64,000 bases of DNA from a virus, in the IMG/VR virus record IMGVR_UViG_3300049173_000078, positions 15,509 through 79,508 of that record. One strand, given 5' to 3'. The first letter of the stretch is position 1, and every line of letters starts with the position of its first letter. Shown one piece after another: positions 8,185 to 16,890 of this stretch. The notes beneath the pieces are model-generated. The model saw only the letters and a list, made by a program, of their open reading frames with translations, did not search any database and was not told the DNA's origin. The translations under genes were made by a program, and so were the position numbers.

Positions 8185-8993
8185 GCGGTCCACCCGCGCG
8201 TGCTGATCTCGCTCTCGTCGCCGGGCGCGTAGGCGCGGACCGGTGCGGCGTCGGCGGGCCGGTCGTGGCGGACGTCGTCGCTGAACGGGTGCGGCTCGCG
8301 CTCGATGACCGGGGCCAGGCGCTCGTCGCAGTCCGAGCAGCGGCGGCACTTCCGCCAACGGCCGTCACCGGTCGGGACCTGGCTGGTGACCTCCCACGCG
8401 ACGTGTGCGCACTCGGCGTCGATGACGGCGGGCAGGCGGCCGCCGCAGTCCAGGCAGCGCCGCATGATCACGACGTCGGCCGCCGTCCGGACGTCGTCGG
8501 TGTTGTCGTGAGCGCATGCGGTCGCCGCGGCGGGGACGACGTCGAGGACCTCGACGGCGGCGCGCTGCCCGGCCGGGCACATCTCGGCGAGGCGCATGTC
8601 CGGGCGGCAGGCGTCGCAGTCGTCGATGTGCTGCACCGCCGCGTCGTAGGCGAGGCTCACGGCGTCGAGCAGCGGCAGCGACCGGCGGCCCGCGGGCTGT
8701 TCGTCGCCGCGGATCCACGCGGCGAGCGCGTCGGCGTACTCGTCGTGCGCGGCGCGCTGCTGCTCGGCGAGCGCGTCGACGCGGTGCCGCAGGGGCCGCA
8801 GGTGCGGCGCGTGCTGGATCAACTGGTCGTGCATCGGCGGCGGCAGGACTTCGAGCAGCCGGACCGGAGTCCGCTTGTCGCGGCCGGGGCCGGGGTTGAG
8901 GCACAGCTTCAGGAAGGCGCGGAGCTTGGCGGGGGTGTCGAGATCCGCCATGCCGGGCGAGGTGTTGGGCTGCATGGGTCGTCCGTTCTTCAC
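8181..8993 (-). CDS. Hypothetical protein with repeated C..H/CxxC motifs
   Basis: 270 aa ORF, GTGA overlap. Confidence 0.7.
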   Translation of the reverse strand: MKNGRPMQPNTSPGMADLDTPAKLRAFLKLCLNPGPGRDKRTPVRLLEVLPPPMHDQLIQHAPHLRPLRHRVDALAEQQRAAHDEYADALAAWIRGDEQPAGRRSLPLLDAVSLAYDAAVQHIDDCDACRPDMRLAEMCPAGQRAAVEVLDVVPAAATACAHDNTDDVRTAADVVIMRRCLDCGGRLPAVIDAECAHVAWEVTSQVPTGDGRWRKCRRCSDCDERLAPVIEREPHPFSDDVRHDRPADAAPVRAYAPGDESEISTRGWTA

Positions 8994-9697
8994 AGGGCGC
9001 CGGTCCAGCGCGCGAGGTGTTCGGCGGCGGCGGCGTTGGCGCGGATGAGGTCGGAGCGGTCGCCGAGCAGGTCAGCGATCGCCGTGCGGCTGTCGGCGAT
9101 CAGCCCGTCGGCGTCTTCGGCGTCAGGGTCACGACGGGCGGTGATGAGCCGGTCGAGTACGGCGCGGATCTCGTCGACGCGACCGGCGTCGAGCGGGGCC
9201 GGCCGCTCGGCGACGTCGGGGCAGCCGGCGGTGTGCGGGATCGCGTGGCCCTCGGCGTCGCACTCGACGACGCCCGCGGCTTCGGCGACGGCGACGCGGG
9301 CGGTCAGGTAGTCGACCTGAGCGAGCAGCGCCGACAGCAGCGACCGCATGTCGTTGATGAGTCCGGCGCCTCGCGTCGCGGGGTGCGGGCGTGCTGCGGC
9401 GATCGCCTCGACGACGTCCTCGCGGATGCGCCGCCCGTCCTCGGCGCTCCAGCCGCCGGGCGCGGGCGCGCCGGTCGCGGCAAGGCACGCGGCGATGACG
9501 ACGGCGGGCGCGGTGCCCGAGGGGAAGTCGACGGTCTGACCGCCGACCGGCTCGGTCAGGCTGGAGTCGCCGCCGTTGCTGGTGACGCCCCACACGGCGT
9601 CGCCGCTGCGCAGCAGGCCGAGCGGGTTGTCCGTGTCGCCGGTCCAGCCGGCTGATTCGAGGGCCTCGACGACATCGAGGCGGGGGTCCCACGTCAT
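8990..9697 (-). CDS. Hypothetical protein
   Basis: ATG with AAGGAG RBS. Confidence 0.7.
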   Translation of the reverse strand: MTWDPRLDVVEALESAGWTGDTDNPLGLLRSGDAVWGVTSNGGDSSLTEPVGGQTVDFPSGTAPAVVIAACLAATGAPAPGGWSAEDGRRIREDVVEAIAAARPHPATRGAGLINDMRSLLSALLAQVDYLTARVAVAEAAGVVECDAEGHAIPHTAGCPDVAERPAPLDAGRVDEIRAVLDRLITARRDPDAEDADGLIADSRTAIADLLGDRSDLIRANAAAAEHLARWTGAL

Positions 9698-9811
9698 CGC
9701 GGGTGTCTCCTTCAAGTCTGTTGTGGAGTTGGGCGGTTCGGGCCGGTTGTGGTGTGATGGCCCGTGAATCGCCCCCCTGTTAGCCCCAGGGGGGTGGTTC
9801 GCTTTCGGGGG

Positions 9812-10510
9812 TCAAGCGGGGTGGTCGAGCGCGAGCAAGGCGGCGCTCGCTGCCCGGCGGCGTTCGATCTCGGCGCGCTCGGCGTCGGGGTCGTAGGGCT
9901 TGCCCTGGGCGACGTCGACGCGGGCCGGATGCGGCTCCAACCGCGGTTTGCCGTTCGGCCTCTTGCACTGCTGGCCGACGCGGGCCTTGCAGTCCGGACG
10001 CGGGCAGGTGACGGTCATCGCGCCGACCCTCGGCGCGGCGCTTCCGCCGTCCTGCTCGTCGTCGTCGGGCACGCCGCGCAGCACTCCGCGAAGCGCGGCC
10101 GCGACCTGCGGCGCCGGTCCACCTTCGAGCGCGAGCCGCTTCGGCGGCGACGGCACGCGGCCACTGGCGACCGCTTCGAGCTGCGCACGCATCCGGGCCT
10201 GGAATTGCGGCACCGACTCGAAGGGGTCGACTGGCGTGTACACGAAGTTCGCGACGCGCTCGGCGCGGATCTTCCGAGCGAGCCGGATGACGTCCGGCGT
10301 CGTGGCCCGGAAACGGTGCTCGGGCCGCACGTTGGCCTGCTCGATGTAGAACGCGACCAGCGCCTCACGCGCGCCGTCGTACGTGATGCCCGCGCCGTTC
10401 AGGTCGTCGTACCAGGCCATCACGTCCGCGTCGCCGACCGTCCGCTGATCGCGGGCGGCAGCAAGACCCAGGATCGTACCGACCTGCTCGTACGTGATCG
10501 TCTCGCTCAC
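9812..10510 (-). CDS. Putative helicase loader/inhibitor-like protein with C-terminal zinc finger
   Basis: Follows the initiator; DQRTVGDADV.AW N-terminus; CPRPDC...C...H C-terminus. Confidence 0.5.
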   Translation of the reverse strand: MSETITYEQVGTILGLAAARDQRTVGDADVMAWYDDLNGAGITYDGAREALVAFYIEQANVRPEHRFRATTPDVIRLARKIRAERVANFVYTPVDPFESVPQFQARMRAQLEAVASGRVPSPPKRLALEGGPAPQVAAALRGVLRGVPDDDEQDGGSAAPRVGAMTVTCPRPDCKARVGQQCKRPNGKPRLEPHPARVDVAQGKPYDPDAERAEIERRRAASAALLALDHPA

Positions 10511-11628
10511 GGCTGCCCCTCCTGCTCGCGCCGCTGATCGGCGAGCGCCTGGAGACGGCGACCGGCCGCGAGCGCCTCATTCACCCGCTGGTCCGTCGTC
10601 GAAGGACGAGCGAAGGGAACGACCCGCCCGCCTGGCACGAGCACGCCGCCCGGACCAGGCACAGCGGACACGGCGGCGAGACCGTTCATGACCTCGTGCA
10701 CGAAGCCCGGGATCAGCGACGGCGCGGTCTTGCCGCTGTTCATCCACGCGGCCATGCCGCGGCGGACGTCGTCGGCTTCGATCTGCTCGTCGAGCAGTTC
10801 CTTGACGGTCTTCGCGACTTGGCCCGTGATGCGCTGTGGCGGACGCTTCGGGCACCGCTCCAGCCACTCGCCGACGATCGTCTGAGCCGACACTTTCTGC
10901 GCCGGCTGCTGCTGCTCGCCGCCGACCGCGTCAGCGGTCGGAACGTCCTGGTCAGCCACATCGAACAGGGCGTCATTCGACGGCGGCGGCGTGACGGTGG
11001 TGACTGAAGGGGTGACTGAAGAGGTGACTGAAAAGGTTGTGGGACTTGAAGTCCCTGGGGTGGGGACTGAGAGTCCCTGGGGTGGGGACTGTGAGTCCCT
11101 GGGGTGGGGACTTGAAGTCCCTGGGTCACCCGGGGACTGAGAGTCCGTGGGGTGGGGACTTGAAGTCCCCGCGCCGTCGGTCTCGACGTCATTCGCCGGC
11201 CTCTTGGCGCCCTTGTCGACGCGCTGTTTCTTCGGCGGCGGGTCGGCGATCGGGGGACGGTTCTGCGCCGTGATGAGTTCGCGGCCGAGCTTCTCTCGCT
11301 GCTCGTTGATCTCGGCGAGCTGCTGCGCGCTCCACCACTCGGCGGGAATCATCGCTTCCCACACGATGGGGCGCTGAGCCTCCGGGATCTTGTGCCAGAC
11401 GGGCGAAACGTGCTCGGTCTGGCGGCTGAGAATGCCTCGGGTCTCCATTGCGCGGCACTTGCGGCCGACCGTTTTCGGGTCGACTCGCGCGACCTTGGCG
11501 AGCGTGGCGTACGACCGGAAGCAGTTCATCCCGTCGAAGTCGCCTTTGATCACGAGCCCGATCAGGATGGCTCGCTCTTCGGCGTCGTACACAGGCGCTT
11601 GCTCCGCCGCCCAGAAGACGGGGTACAC
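10507..11628 (-). CDS. Phage replication initiator (lambda O-like), N-terminal HTH
   Basis: SYATLAKVARVDPKTVGRK HTH, internal iteron array, AAGGAGG RBS. Confidence 0.75.
   Translation of the reverse strand: MYPVFWAAEQAPVYDAEERAILIGLVIKGDFDGMNCFRSYATLAKVARVDPKTVGRKCRAMETRGILSRQTEHVSPVWHKIPEAQRPIVWEAMIPAEWWSAQQLAEINEQREKLGRELITAQNRPPIADPPPKKQRVDKGAKRPANDVETDGAGTSSPHPTDSQSPGDPGTSSPHPRDSQSPPQGLSVPTPGTSSPTTFSVTSSVTPSVTTVTPPPSNDALFDVADQDVPTADAVGGEQQQPAQKVSAQTIVGEWLERCPKRPPQRITGQVAKTVKELLDEQIEADDVRRGMAAWMNSGKTAPSLIPGFVHEVMNGLAAVSAVPGPGGVLVPGGRVVPFARPSTTDQRVNEALAAGRRLQALADQRREQEGQP
11041..11169. repeat. Six iterons GGGACT-NNN-AGTCCC, mostly 22-bp period (putative ori)
   Basis: Copies start at 11041, 11063, 11085, 11107, 11133 and 11155; adjacent GGTGACTGAA triplet at about 10998-11034. 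Confidence 0.85.
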
Positions 11629-11652
11629 GGGTGCCTCCTTTCTCTGCTCGGG

Positions 11653-11931
11653 TCAGCCGGCGGCGGCGTCGAGGCGGCGCGCGATCTCGTCGGCGGCGGT
11701 CTGGCAGAACTGGAGCGGCAGGTCCATGTCCGGGGCGGCGGGATTCGTCGCGGCCTTCAACTCGTCCATGGCGGAGAGGAGAAGGCCCTTCGCCTTCACG
11801 GCGGCGAGACGGCGCCGCTCGTGCTCGATCTCGGGGTCTCCGGGCTCGCGGACGCGGGTGAGGGCGGCGAGGCGGGCGCGCACCTGGTGCCGCTCGGTAC
11901 GGCAGTGGTCGATGACGACAGGTCTGGGCAA
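11653..11931 (-). CDS. Hypothetical protein
   Basis: TTG with GGAGG RBS downstream of a promoter. Confidence 0.65.
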   Translation of the reverse strand: MPRPVVIDHCRTERHQVRARLAALTRVREPGDPEIEHERRRLAAVKAKGLLLSAMDELKAATNPAAPDMDLPLQFCQTAADEIARRLDAAAG

Positions 11932-11976
11932 CGTGAGTCCTCCGATGCGTGCTTGTAGGTCGTTGCTGCGTCGGTG

Positions 11977-12014
11977 ACCTTACGCAGTGCTGGATCACTG
12001 CGCAACACTGCGCA
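11977..12014 (-). promoter_or_regulatory. Promoter TTGCGC-N17-TAAGGT overlapped by TGCGCAGTG repeats
   Basis: -35 at 12005-12000, -10 at 11982-11977; CACTGCGCA at 11996 and 12006. Confidence 0.6.
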
Positions 12015-12074
12015 CGCCAGGCGCGCCCTGTGCACGCAGAAATGCCCCCGGCGGGTGACCAGGGGCATTCCGGT

Positions 12075-12281
12075 TCAGGTGTCGCGCGCCCACGACGGCG
12101 CAGGCCGTACGCGCCGTTCTGGGGCGTCGGGAGGTGCTGCGGCGACTCGTCGCCCACTGCGCATCCTGCGCGCGCCCCACGCGCGCACTGAGCGCGCCAG
12201 ACGGGCCAAGACCGGCGTATGCCCGAGCAGGCCCGCCGCGCCGGTCAGGACGGTGAACAGGTAAAGGCCGAGGAGAATCAC
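12075..12281 (-). CDS. Small membrane protein
   Basis: N-terminal TM segment, GTGA overlap. Confidence 0.5.
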   Translation of the reverse strand: MILLGLYLFTVLTGAAGLLGHTPVLARLARSVRAWGARRMRSGRRVAAAPPDAPERRVRPAPSWARDT

Positions 12282-12877
12282 GCGCCGGTCCCGGTGAACG
12301 AGGCCAGGCCGGGCGGGGGCGGCGGGACAGTCGTCACGCCGTAGACGAGCTGAGTGCCGGGACTCAGCTCGTGCCGGTCCGGCAGCGGGGACGGCGACGG
12401 CCACACGTACGCGTCCACCGCGAGGAACCCGCCGACGGCGTAAGCGCGATGATCCGGCAGTTCGTCGAGCGGCCACACGTCGGTGTCCTCCTGGCGGCGC
12501 CACCAGGGCACGACGGCGTACCACCACTTCCCCGGCTCGAAGCCGGCCCACGCCTCGACCGCGGCGCCGATGCGACGCCGCAGCCGAATGCCCTGTGCGA
12601 TGGCCTGGATGTCGCGGCGCTGCGGGTGCTCGAACTCGGCGACCAGGGCGCCGATCATGCGCGGCGGCGCGGCAGGCATGCAGATGTCCGCCGTCGGCGA
12701 CCGTGTGAACGCCGGCACGTGCTGCACAGCGCCGACGCCGAACAGGAGCGGCTCGTCGAGGTGGTAGGTCATGGCCCACGAGTGGTCGGGACTGCCGCCG
12801 TCGCGCAGCGGCGTGACCCGCAGGACCGTCGCCGGCATGTGGCGGACGCTCGTGATCTCCTCGTCGTCGTCCTTCAC
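12278..12877 (-). CDS. Hypothetical protein
   Basis: 199 aa coupled ORF. Confidence 0.7.
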   Translation of the reverse strand: MKDDDEEITSVRHMPATVLRVTPLRDGGSPDHSWAMTYHLDEPLLFGVGAVQHVPAFTRSPTADICMPAAPPRMIGALVAEFEHPQRRDIQAIAQGIRLRRRIGAAVEAWAGFEPGKWWYAVVPWWRRQEDTDVWPLDELPDHRAYAVGGFLAVDAYVWPSPSPLPDRHELSPGTQLVYGVTTVPPPPPGLASFTGTGA

Positions 12878-13119
12878 GGATTCGCCTTCCCCGCCGACTG
12901 CTCGCGCGCCGAGCGGACGGCTTCCGTGAACGCGTCGACGTGGTCACTGGGGATGTCGACGACGGCGGCCAATTGTCCGTAGTGCGACACCAGCCGAATC
13001 GGCGTGTCCGCGTGCGGGGCGTCCATGTAGCAGAAGGCCGGGCAGTCGGGGTCGGCTTCGGTGACGGCGTGGACCTCGACAGTCCACCCGTCCGTGCTCT
13101 CGTACTCCCACACCTTCAC
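12874..13119 (-). CDS. Hypothetical protein
   Basis: GTG with GGAGG RBS, coupled. Confidence 0.6.
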   Translation of the reverse strand: MKVWEYESTDGWTVEVHAVTEADPDCPAFCYMDAPHADTPIRLVSHYGQLAAVVDIPSDHVDAFTEAVRSAREQSAGKANP

Positions 13120-13520
13120 AGGACTACCTCCGCCCCGGCGCGCACCGTCGCGCGGTTCATGAGGCGAATCCACGCATCGACTGAGCGGTTGCGCAGCAGG
13201 ACCACGGGGTCGACGACGTGGGCGACGACGGCCGCCGTGCACGCCCACGAGACGCCGTCGACGAGGCAGTCCGGGTCCGCGGTCATCTCGTCGACGGGGA
13301 TCACTTCGTACAGCGCGCCGTCCGGGTAGAACGCGGCGTAGACGCGGGCGACGTCGCGGCCCGTGGTCACGTACACGCGGTCGGTCCGGGCGTGCTCGTC
13401 GCTCGCGCCGAGCTCGTGCGCGTGCCGCGTGAGAGTGCGCTCGGTGCCGGTCACGACCGGCGGCAGCAGCCTGTCGCCGGGCTGAAGGCCGGGCACGCCG
13501 CCGTGGAAGTAGCGGGTCAA
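13116..13520 (-). CDS. Arr-like ADP-ribosyltransferase domain protein
   Basis: YFHGG..L.PGD.L, RVYVTT, LYEV.P and DPD pattern of the Arr family. Confidence 0.62.
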   Translation of the reverse strand: MTRYFHGGVPGLQPGDRLLPPVVTGTERTLTRHAHELGASDEHARTDRVYVTTGRDVARVYAAFYPDGALYEVIPVDEMTADPDCLVDGVSWACTAAVVAHVVDPVVLLRNRSVDAWIRLMNRATVRAGAEVVL

Positions 13521-13702
13521 CGGGTCTCCTCGGTCGTCGGGTTCTCGGCGGCCTGCGCGAGGCTTGGCTTCCCGAGCGGGAGCGCCGTCGTGTCGCCGTC
13601 GGCCAGGCGCCGGAGCCGGCTCAGGGAGATCGTTCGCCAGCCCAGGCCAGCGGCCTGGATGATCGCCTCGATCACGAGGTCGCGGCCGTCGCGCCCGCTC
13701 AC
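13517..13702 (-). CDS. Hypothetical protein
   Basis: Fills the gap with coupled start and stop. Confidence 0.5.
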   Translation of the reverse strand: MSGRDGRDLVIEAIIQAAGLGWRTISLSRLRRLADGDTTALPLGKPSLAQAAENPTTEETR

Positions 13703-14133
13703 CGGCCGGCTCCCGTCTTGGCCAGGCTCGCCGTGGTGGCGAGCAGCGACGCGACCGACGCGACGTACTCCTCGTCGCTCGCGCGCAGGGCGGCGCTGAA
13801 CAGGGCGAGCGCCGTCGGCCGGTCGTCGTTGGCGTAGGCCACGATGAACCGCATCGCGAACAAGTCCGCGGCGTCGGGCTTCAGACGTCGCTGGAGCTGG
13901 AGCATCGCCCACTGCTCGCCCTTCGACCGGTCGGGCGCGCGGTCCCCGTAGAGCTTCACGAGCGACTGCCGCGCGGCCTCGGCGAACCCGCAACAGGCGC
14001 CGTACACCTCGAACTGCTGCGGCCCGCTTTTCTCGCCGATCTCGCACACCGCGCGGGCCGCGCCGTCGACGTCGCCGCCGATTGCTCGGGAGAGCGCGGT
14101 CAGGACGAGTTCGCCGAGTTCCTGTTCCGTCAT
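13699..14133 (-). CDS. Hypothetical protein
   Basis: 144 aa coupled ORF. Confidence 0.7.
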   Translation of the reverse strand: MTEQELGELVLTALSRAIGGDVDGAARAVCEIGEKSGPQQFEVYGACCGFAEAARQSLVKLYGDRAPDRSKGEQWAMLQLQRRLKPDAADLFAMRFIVAYANDDRPTALALFSAALRASDEEYVASVASLLATTASLAKTGAGR

Positions 14134-14453
14134 CAGGCGACCGCCTTCCGGGGGCGGCCGGTGTGGTCGCGGAGCTCGGCGCCGCCGAGGCCGATCAGGT
14201 CGCGCGTGTACCGGAATGAGAAACCGACCTGAGCGGCGACGGCGCGGATGCTCAGGTGGCGCCGGTACAGGCGCGCGCAGTCCTCGGCGAGCGCGAGCGT
14301 CGATTCGCTGCGGGCCGGGGCCCGGAACGTCACGCCCGCGGCGATCAGTTCCTTTCGGGCGCGGGTGTACGAGGTGCCGGTCTCGGCGGCGACTTCACGT
14401 ATTGAGAGCCCGCTGTCGTAGAGGCGGGCGAAGTCTTCAGGGCTGCGCGTCAC
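14133..14453 (-). CDS. Tandem helix-turn-helix protein
   Basis: Two LSIRxVAA HTH repeats. Confidence 0.75.
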   Translation of the reverse strand: MTRSPEDFARLYDSGLSIREVAAETGTSYTRARKELIAAGVTFRAPARSESTLALAEDCARLYRRHLSIRAVAAQVGFSFRYTRDLIGLGGAELRDHTGRPRKAVA

Positions 14454-14519
14454 GAGCAGTGCCTTTCAGGGGAAGCGCGAAGGGCCGGCCGCGCGGGGAG
14501 CGCGACCGGCCGGGCGGGA

Positions 14520-14702
14520 CTAGTCGAGGACTCGGGCGATCCAGCGGAAGAAGTCGGTGAGGTCTTCGCCGAACCAGACGAGGCAGGCGACGACGAGCGC
14601 GATCAGCCACCAGACGTCGCGCAGGGCGGGCACGGCCGCCGAGACGGCGCCGGCGACGACGCCGCAGGCGAAGCCGAGCATGAACCGGCGGTAGGCGGTC
14701 AT
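14520..14702 (-). CDS. Small two-TM membrane protein
   Basis: Hydrophobic 60 aa ORF, ATG overlaps upstream TGA. Confidence 0.6.
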   Translation of the reverse strand: MTAYRRFMLGFACGVVAGAVSAAVPALRDVWWLIALVVACLVWFGEDLTDFFRWIARVLD

Positions 14703-15046
14703 CAGTCGTCGTCCTCGCAGTCGAAGTCGTCGAGGTCGACGTGCGAATGGCCGTGCGATCCGCGGACCTTGCCGGTCGGCGTCGTGCGGCCGGGCTTCTT
14801 CAGGTCGGCCTTCGGTGCCTTCCTCGCCGGGGCTTTGCCCTTGCTGCCGCTGCTCGACTTCTTTCCGCCGCCGCCCTTGCCCGCGTGCGCGGCGACCAGC
14901 TCGACGGCGAGCGCTTCGCGCTGGTCGTGCTGCACGACGCCGATCGAGTCGCAGTCGCCGTCGTCGTCGTTGCTCGCCGAGCAGCCGGCGGCGATCAGTG
15001 CCGCGGTGGCGACGAGCGCCGCCGCGGCGGTCGTGAGTTTGTTCAT
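14702..15046 (-). CDS. Putative lipoprotein
   Basis: Signal peptide with lipobox IAAGC; AGGAG RBS. Confidence 0.65.
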   Translation of the reverse strand: MNKLTTAAAALVATAALIAAGCSASNDDDGDCDSIGVVQHDQREALAVELVAAHAGKGGGGKKSSSGSKGKAPARKAPKADLKKPGRTTPTGKVRGSHGHSHVDLDDFDCEDDD

Positions 15047-15078
15047 GGGTGTTCGCTCCTGGGGTGTGTGAGTGCGCG

Positions 15079-15297
15079 TCACGCGCTGGTCTTCGAGGCG
15101 CGCGGCAGCCGGCCGCCGCGTCCACGCATGGGAGTTCTCGCTTCGAGCAGCAGCGCGCGGACCGTGCCGTACGACCGGCCGGTCTCGGCCGCGAGCCCGC
15201 GGATCGTCGCCCCGGCGACGTACTTCCGCCTGAGGTCGGCGCGCATCCGCACGCGCTCGGCGCCCGCGAGACGGGGCTTCTGCTGATTCGTGTTCAC
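15079..15297 (-). CDS. Helix-turn-helix protein
   Basis: YVAGATIRGLAAETGRSYGTV. Confidence 0.7.
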   Translation of the reverse strand: MNTNQQKPRLAGAERVRMRADLRRKYVAGATIRGLAAETGRSYGTVRALLLEARTPMRGRGGRLPRASKTSA

Positions 15298-15539
15298 CCT
15301 GCTGGATCCCTTCGAGTGCGGTACGCGGCGAGGGTCTTCGCGCCGCGCCTGACGCCGTCCTCCTCGGCGCACGTCTTGTGAGCCGGCCGCCTCTGCTCGT
15401 CGAGCAAGTGCGTGAGCCGCTCGCAGTACCGGCACGGCAGGGGCTTCTCCCACCAGTGCGACCGGTCCGACCAGTCGAGGAGCTGGCCGGGCGCGAGCTC
15501 GGGAAGAGGCGGCAGCGGCTTCTTAGGTCTCCGCGGCAT
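15294..15539 (-). CDS. Small protein with CxxC...HxxC motif
   Basis: PCRYC...HKTC. Confidence 0.65.
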   Translation of the reverse strand: MPRRPKKPLPPLPELAPGQLLDWSDRSHWWEKPLPCRYCERLTHLLDEQRRPAHKTCAEEDGVRRGAKTLAAYRTRRDPAG

Positions 15540-15864
15540 CGCTGCCGCCCTCCTTCCGTATGCGGGCGGCGCGCCGCCGGGCGCGCCGCTGCAACCTGCG
15601 CCGTATGGCGCGGCGTTCGTCTTCGTCCAGGCCGCCCCACACCCCCGACCACTCGGGCCGGTTCATCGCGTGACGAAGGCAGGCCTCGATGACGGGGCAG
15701 CGCGCACAGATCGCTTTCGCCTCGGTGGCGACGAGCGGCGCCGCCGCCCGGCCGAAGTCCTTCGGGAAGAACACCGCCGGGTCCTCTTCGAGGCAGGCGG
15801 CGTCGTCCCTCCAGTCGCTCGGCCGGGCGAGGGTGTCGGGTGCGTAGCGGCTCGGACGGCCCAT
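15523..15864 (-). CDS. whiB: WhiB-family transcriptional regulator
   Basis: W...AAC, FFP, AKAICARCPV..C, GVWGG. Confidence 0.9.
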   Translation of the reverse strand: MGRPSRYAPDTLARPSDWRDDAACLEEDPAVFFPKDFGRAAAPLVATEAKAICARCPVIEACLRHAMNRPEWSGVWGGLDEDERRAIRRRLQRRARRRAARIRKEGGSDAAET

Positions 15865-16190
15865 CAGCCGCCGGTCCCCTCGACGTGCTCGGGGCGCGTC
15901 TGGGGTGGTGCGGGAACGGCGAGCGGCATCGTGTCCGTCTCGCCGCCGGTCGGCGCCTGTACGGCGTCCGGGACGTCGTCGGCGGCGGGCAGGGCGAGCG
16001 GCTCGGGTCCCGCGGCCAGTGCGGGACGCCCGGCGCGCGAACCGCGGTGCCTGCCGGTCGGGCGCAACTCGAGCCACACGCCGACGCCGAGCGCGGCGAG
16101 CAGCAGCGGCAGCCACCATGCCCACACCGACAGCAGCGCGTCGACGCACAGCCCGACCATGAGCGCGGCCGCGCTCAGGGCCTCGATCAC
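15864..16190 (-). CDS. Membrane protein
   Basis: Two N-terminal TM helices. Confidence 0.6.
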   Translation of the reverse strand: MIEALSAAALMVGLCVDALLSVWAWWLPLLLAALGVGVWLELRPTGRHRGSRAGRPALAAGPEPLALPAADDVPDAVQAPTGGETDTMPLAVPAPPQTRPEHVEGTGG

Positions 16191-16438
16191 GACGACCCCT
16201 CGCCGTCGCTCTCGCGGCCGCCGTCGCCGTCCTCACGCCACCGAATGATCGTCTTCTCGGCGACGCCGAGACGGCGCCCGACCGACTTCGCCGAGCCGGT
16301 CGAGTTCCGCGCCGCGTACACGCGTTCCTCGGGCGACAGCTTCGAGTGGTGCAACGACCCGTCAAGGACGCGGTCGACGGCGACGAGATCGATACCGCGG
16401 ACGTACGTCGCGTACGGGCGCAAGGCCGTGGACGTCAT
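16187..16438 (-). CDS. Small HTH protein
   Basis: SAKSVGRRLGVAEKTIIRWR. Confidence 0.55.
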   Translation of the reverse strand: MTSTALRPYATYVRGIDLVAVDRVLDGSLHHSKLSPEERVYAARNSTGSAKSVGRRLGVAEKTIIRWREDGDGGRESDGEGSS

Positions 16439-16890
16439 CGGGCGCCCCCGTTCTCGCGGGCCTGGCGGCGCGCGCGCAGAACGCGGTCTTCGAGGTGCGC
16501 GCCGGCGACGCAGTGCTCACGCCCGCACGACGGCACGTGCCGGATGTTCCCCTGCGGCTCCCGCTTGTAGTGCATCCGGAAGACCGCCCGGTACGCCGTC
16601 TCTGCGTGACTGCGCCACGACAGCACGGGCGTGCCGCTCGGGTGGCGGCCGCCGGTCCATTCGGCGTGACCGTCGTCGACGGGCTTCACCCGCCGGGCGA
16701 CCGCCTCTTCGACGGACCTCTCGGGCACGCGCCGACCGCGCTTGTAGGTCTCCAGCCCGAGACGCTGCCGCACTTCGTCGACGCGCCCCCACGGAACGCC
16801 GAGCGCTCTCGCGACAGACAGGTTCGACACCTCGGGAGAGGTCAGGTGCCGCGCGATCTGCTCGTCCGTGACCTCAGCAATCGTCGTCAT
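16435..16890 (-). CDS. HTH plus degenerate HNH-like domain protein
   Basis: VARALGV HTH; H..SCG..HCV...HL resembles the HNH zinc site. Confidence 0.5.
   Translation of the reverse strand: MTTIAEVTDEQIARHLTSPEVSNLSVARALGVPWGRVDEVRQRLGLETYKRGRRVPERSVEEAVARRVKPVDDGHAEWTGGRHPSGTPVLSWRSHAETAYRAVFRMHYKREPQGNIRHVPSCGREHCVAGAHLEDRVLRARRQARENGGAR

Noticed and set aside
11041-11169. CRISPR-like palindromic repeats
   Set aside because: Spacers are only 7 bp and nearly constant, the array is in-frame inside the initiator gene, and there are no cas genes
13116-13520. Calling the ART a rifampicin-resistance gene (arr)
   Set aside because: Only the core ART pattern is recognisable; the substrate cannot be inferred
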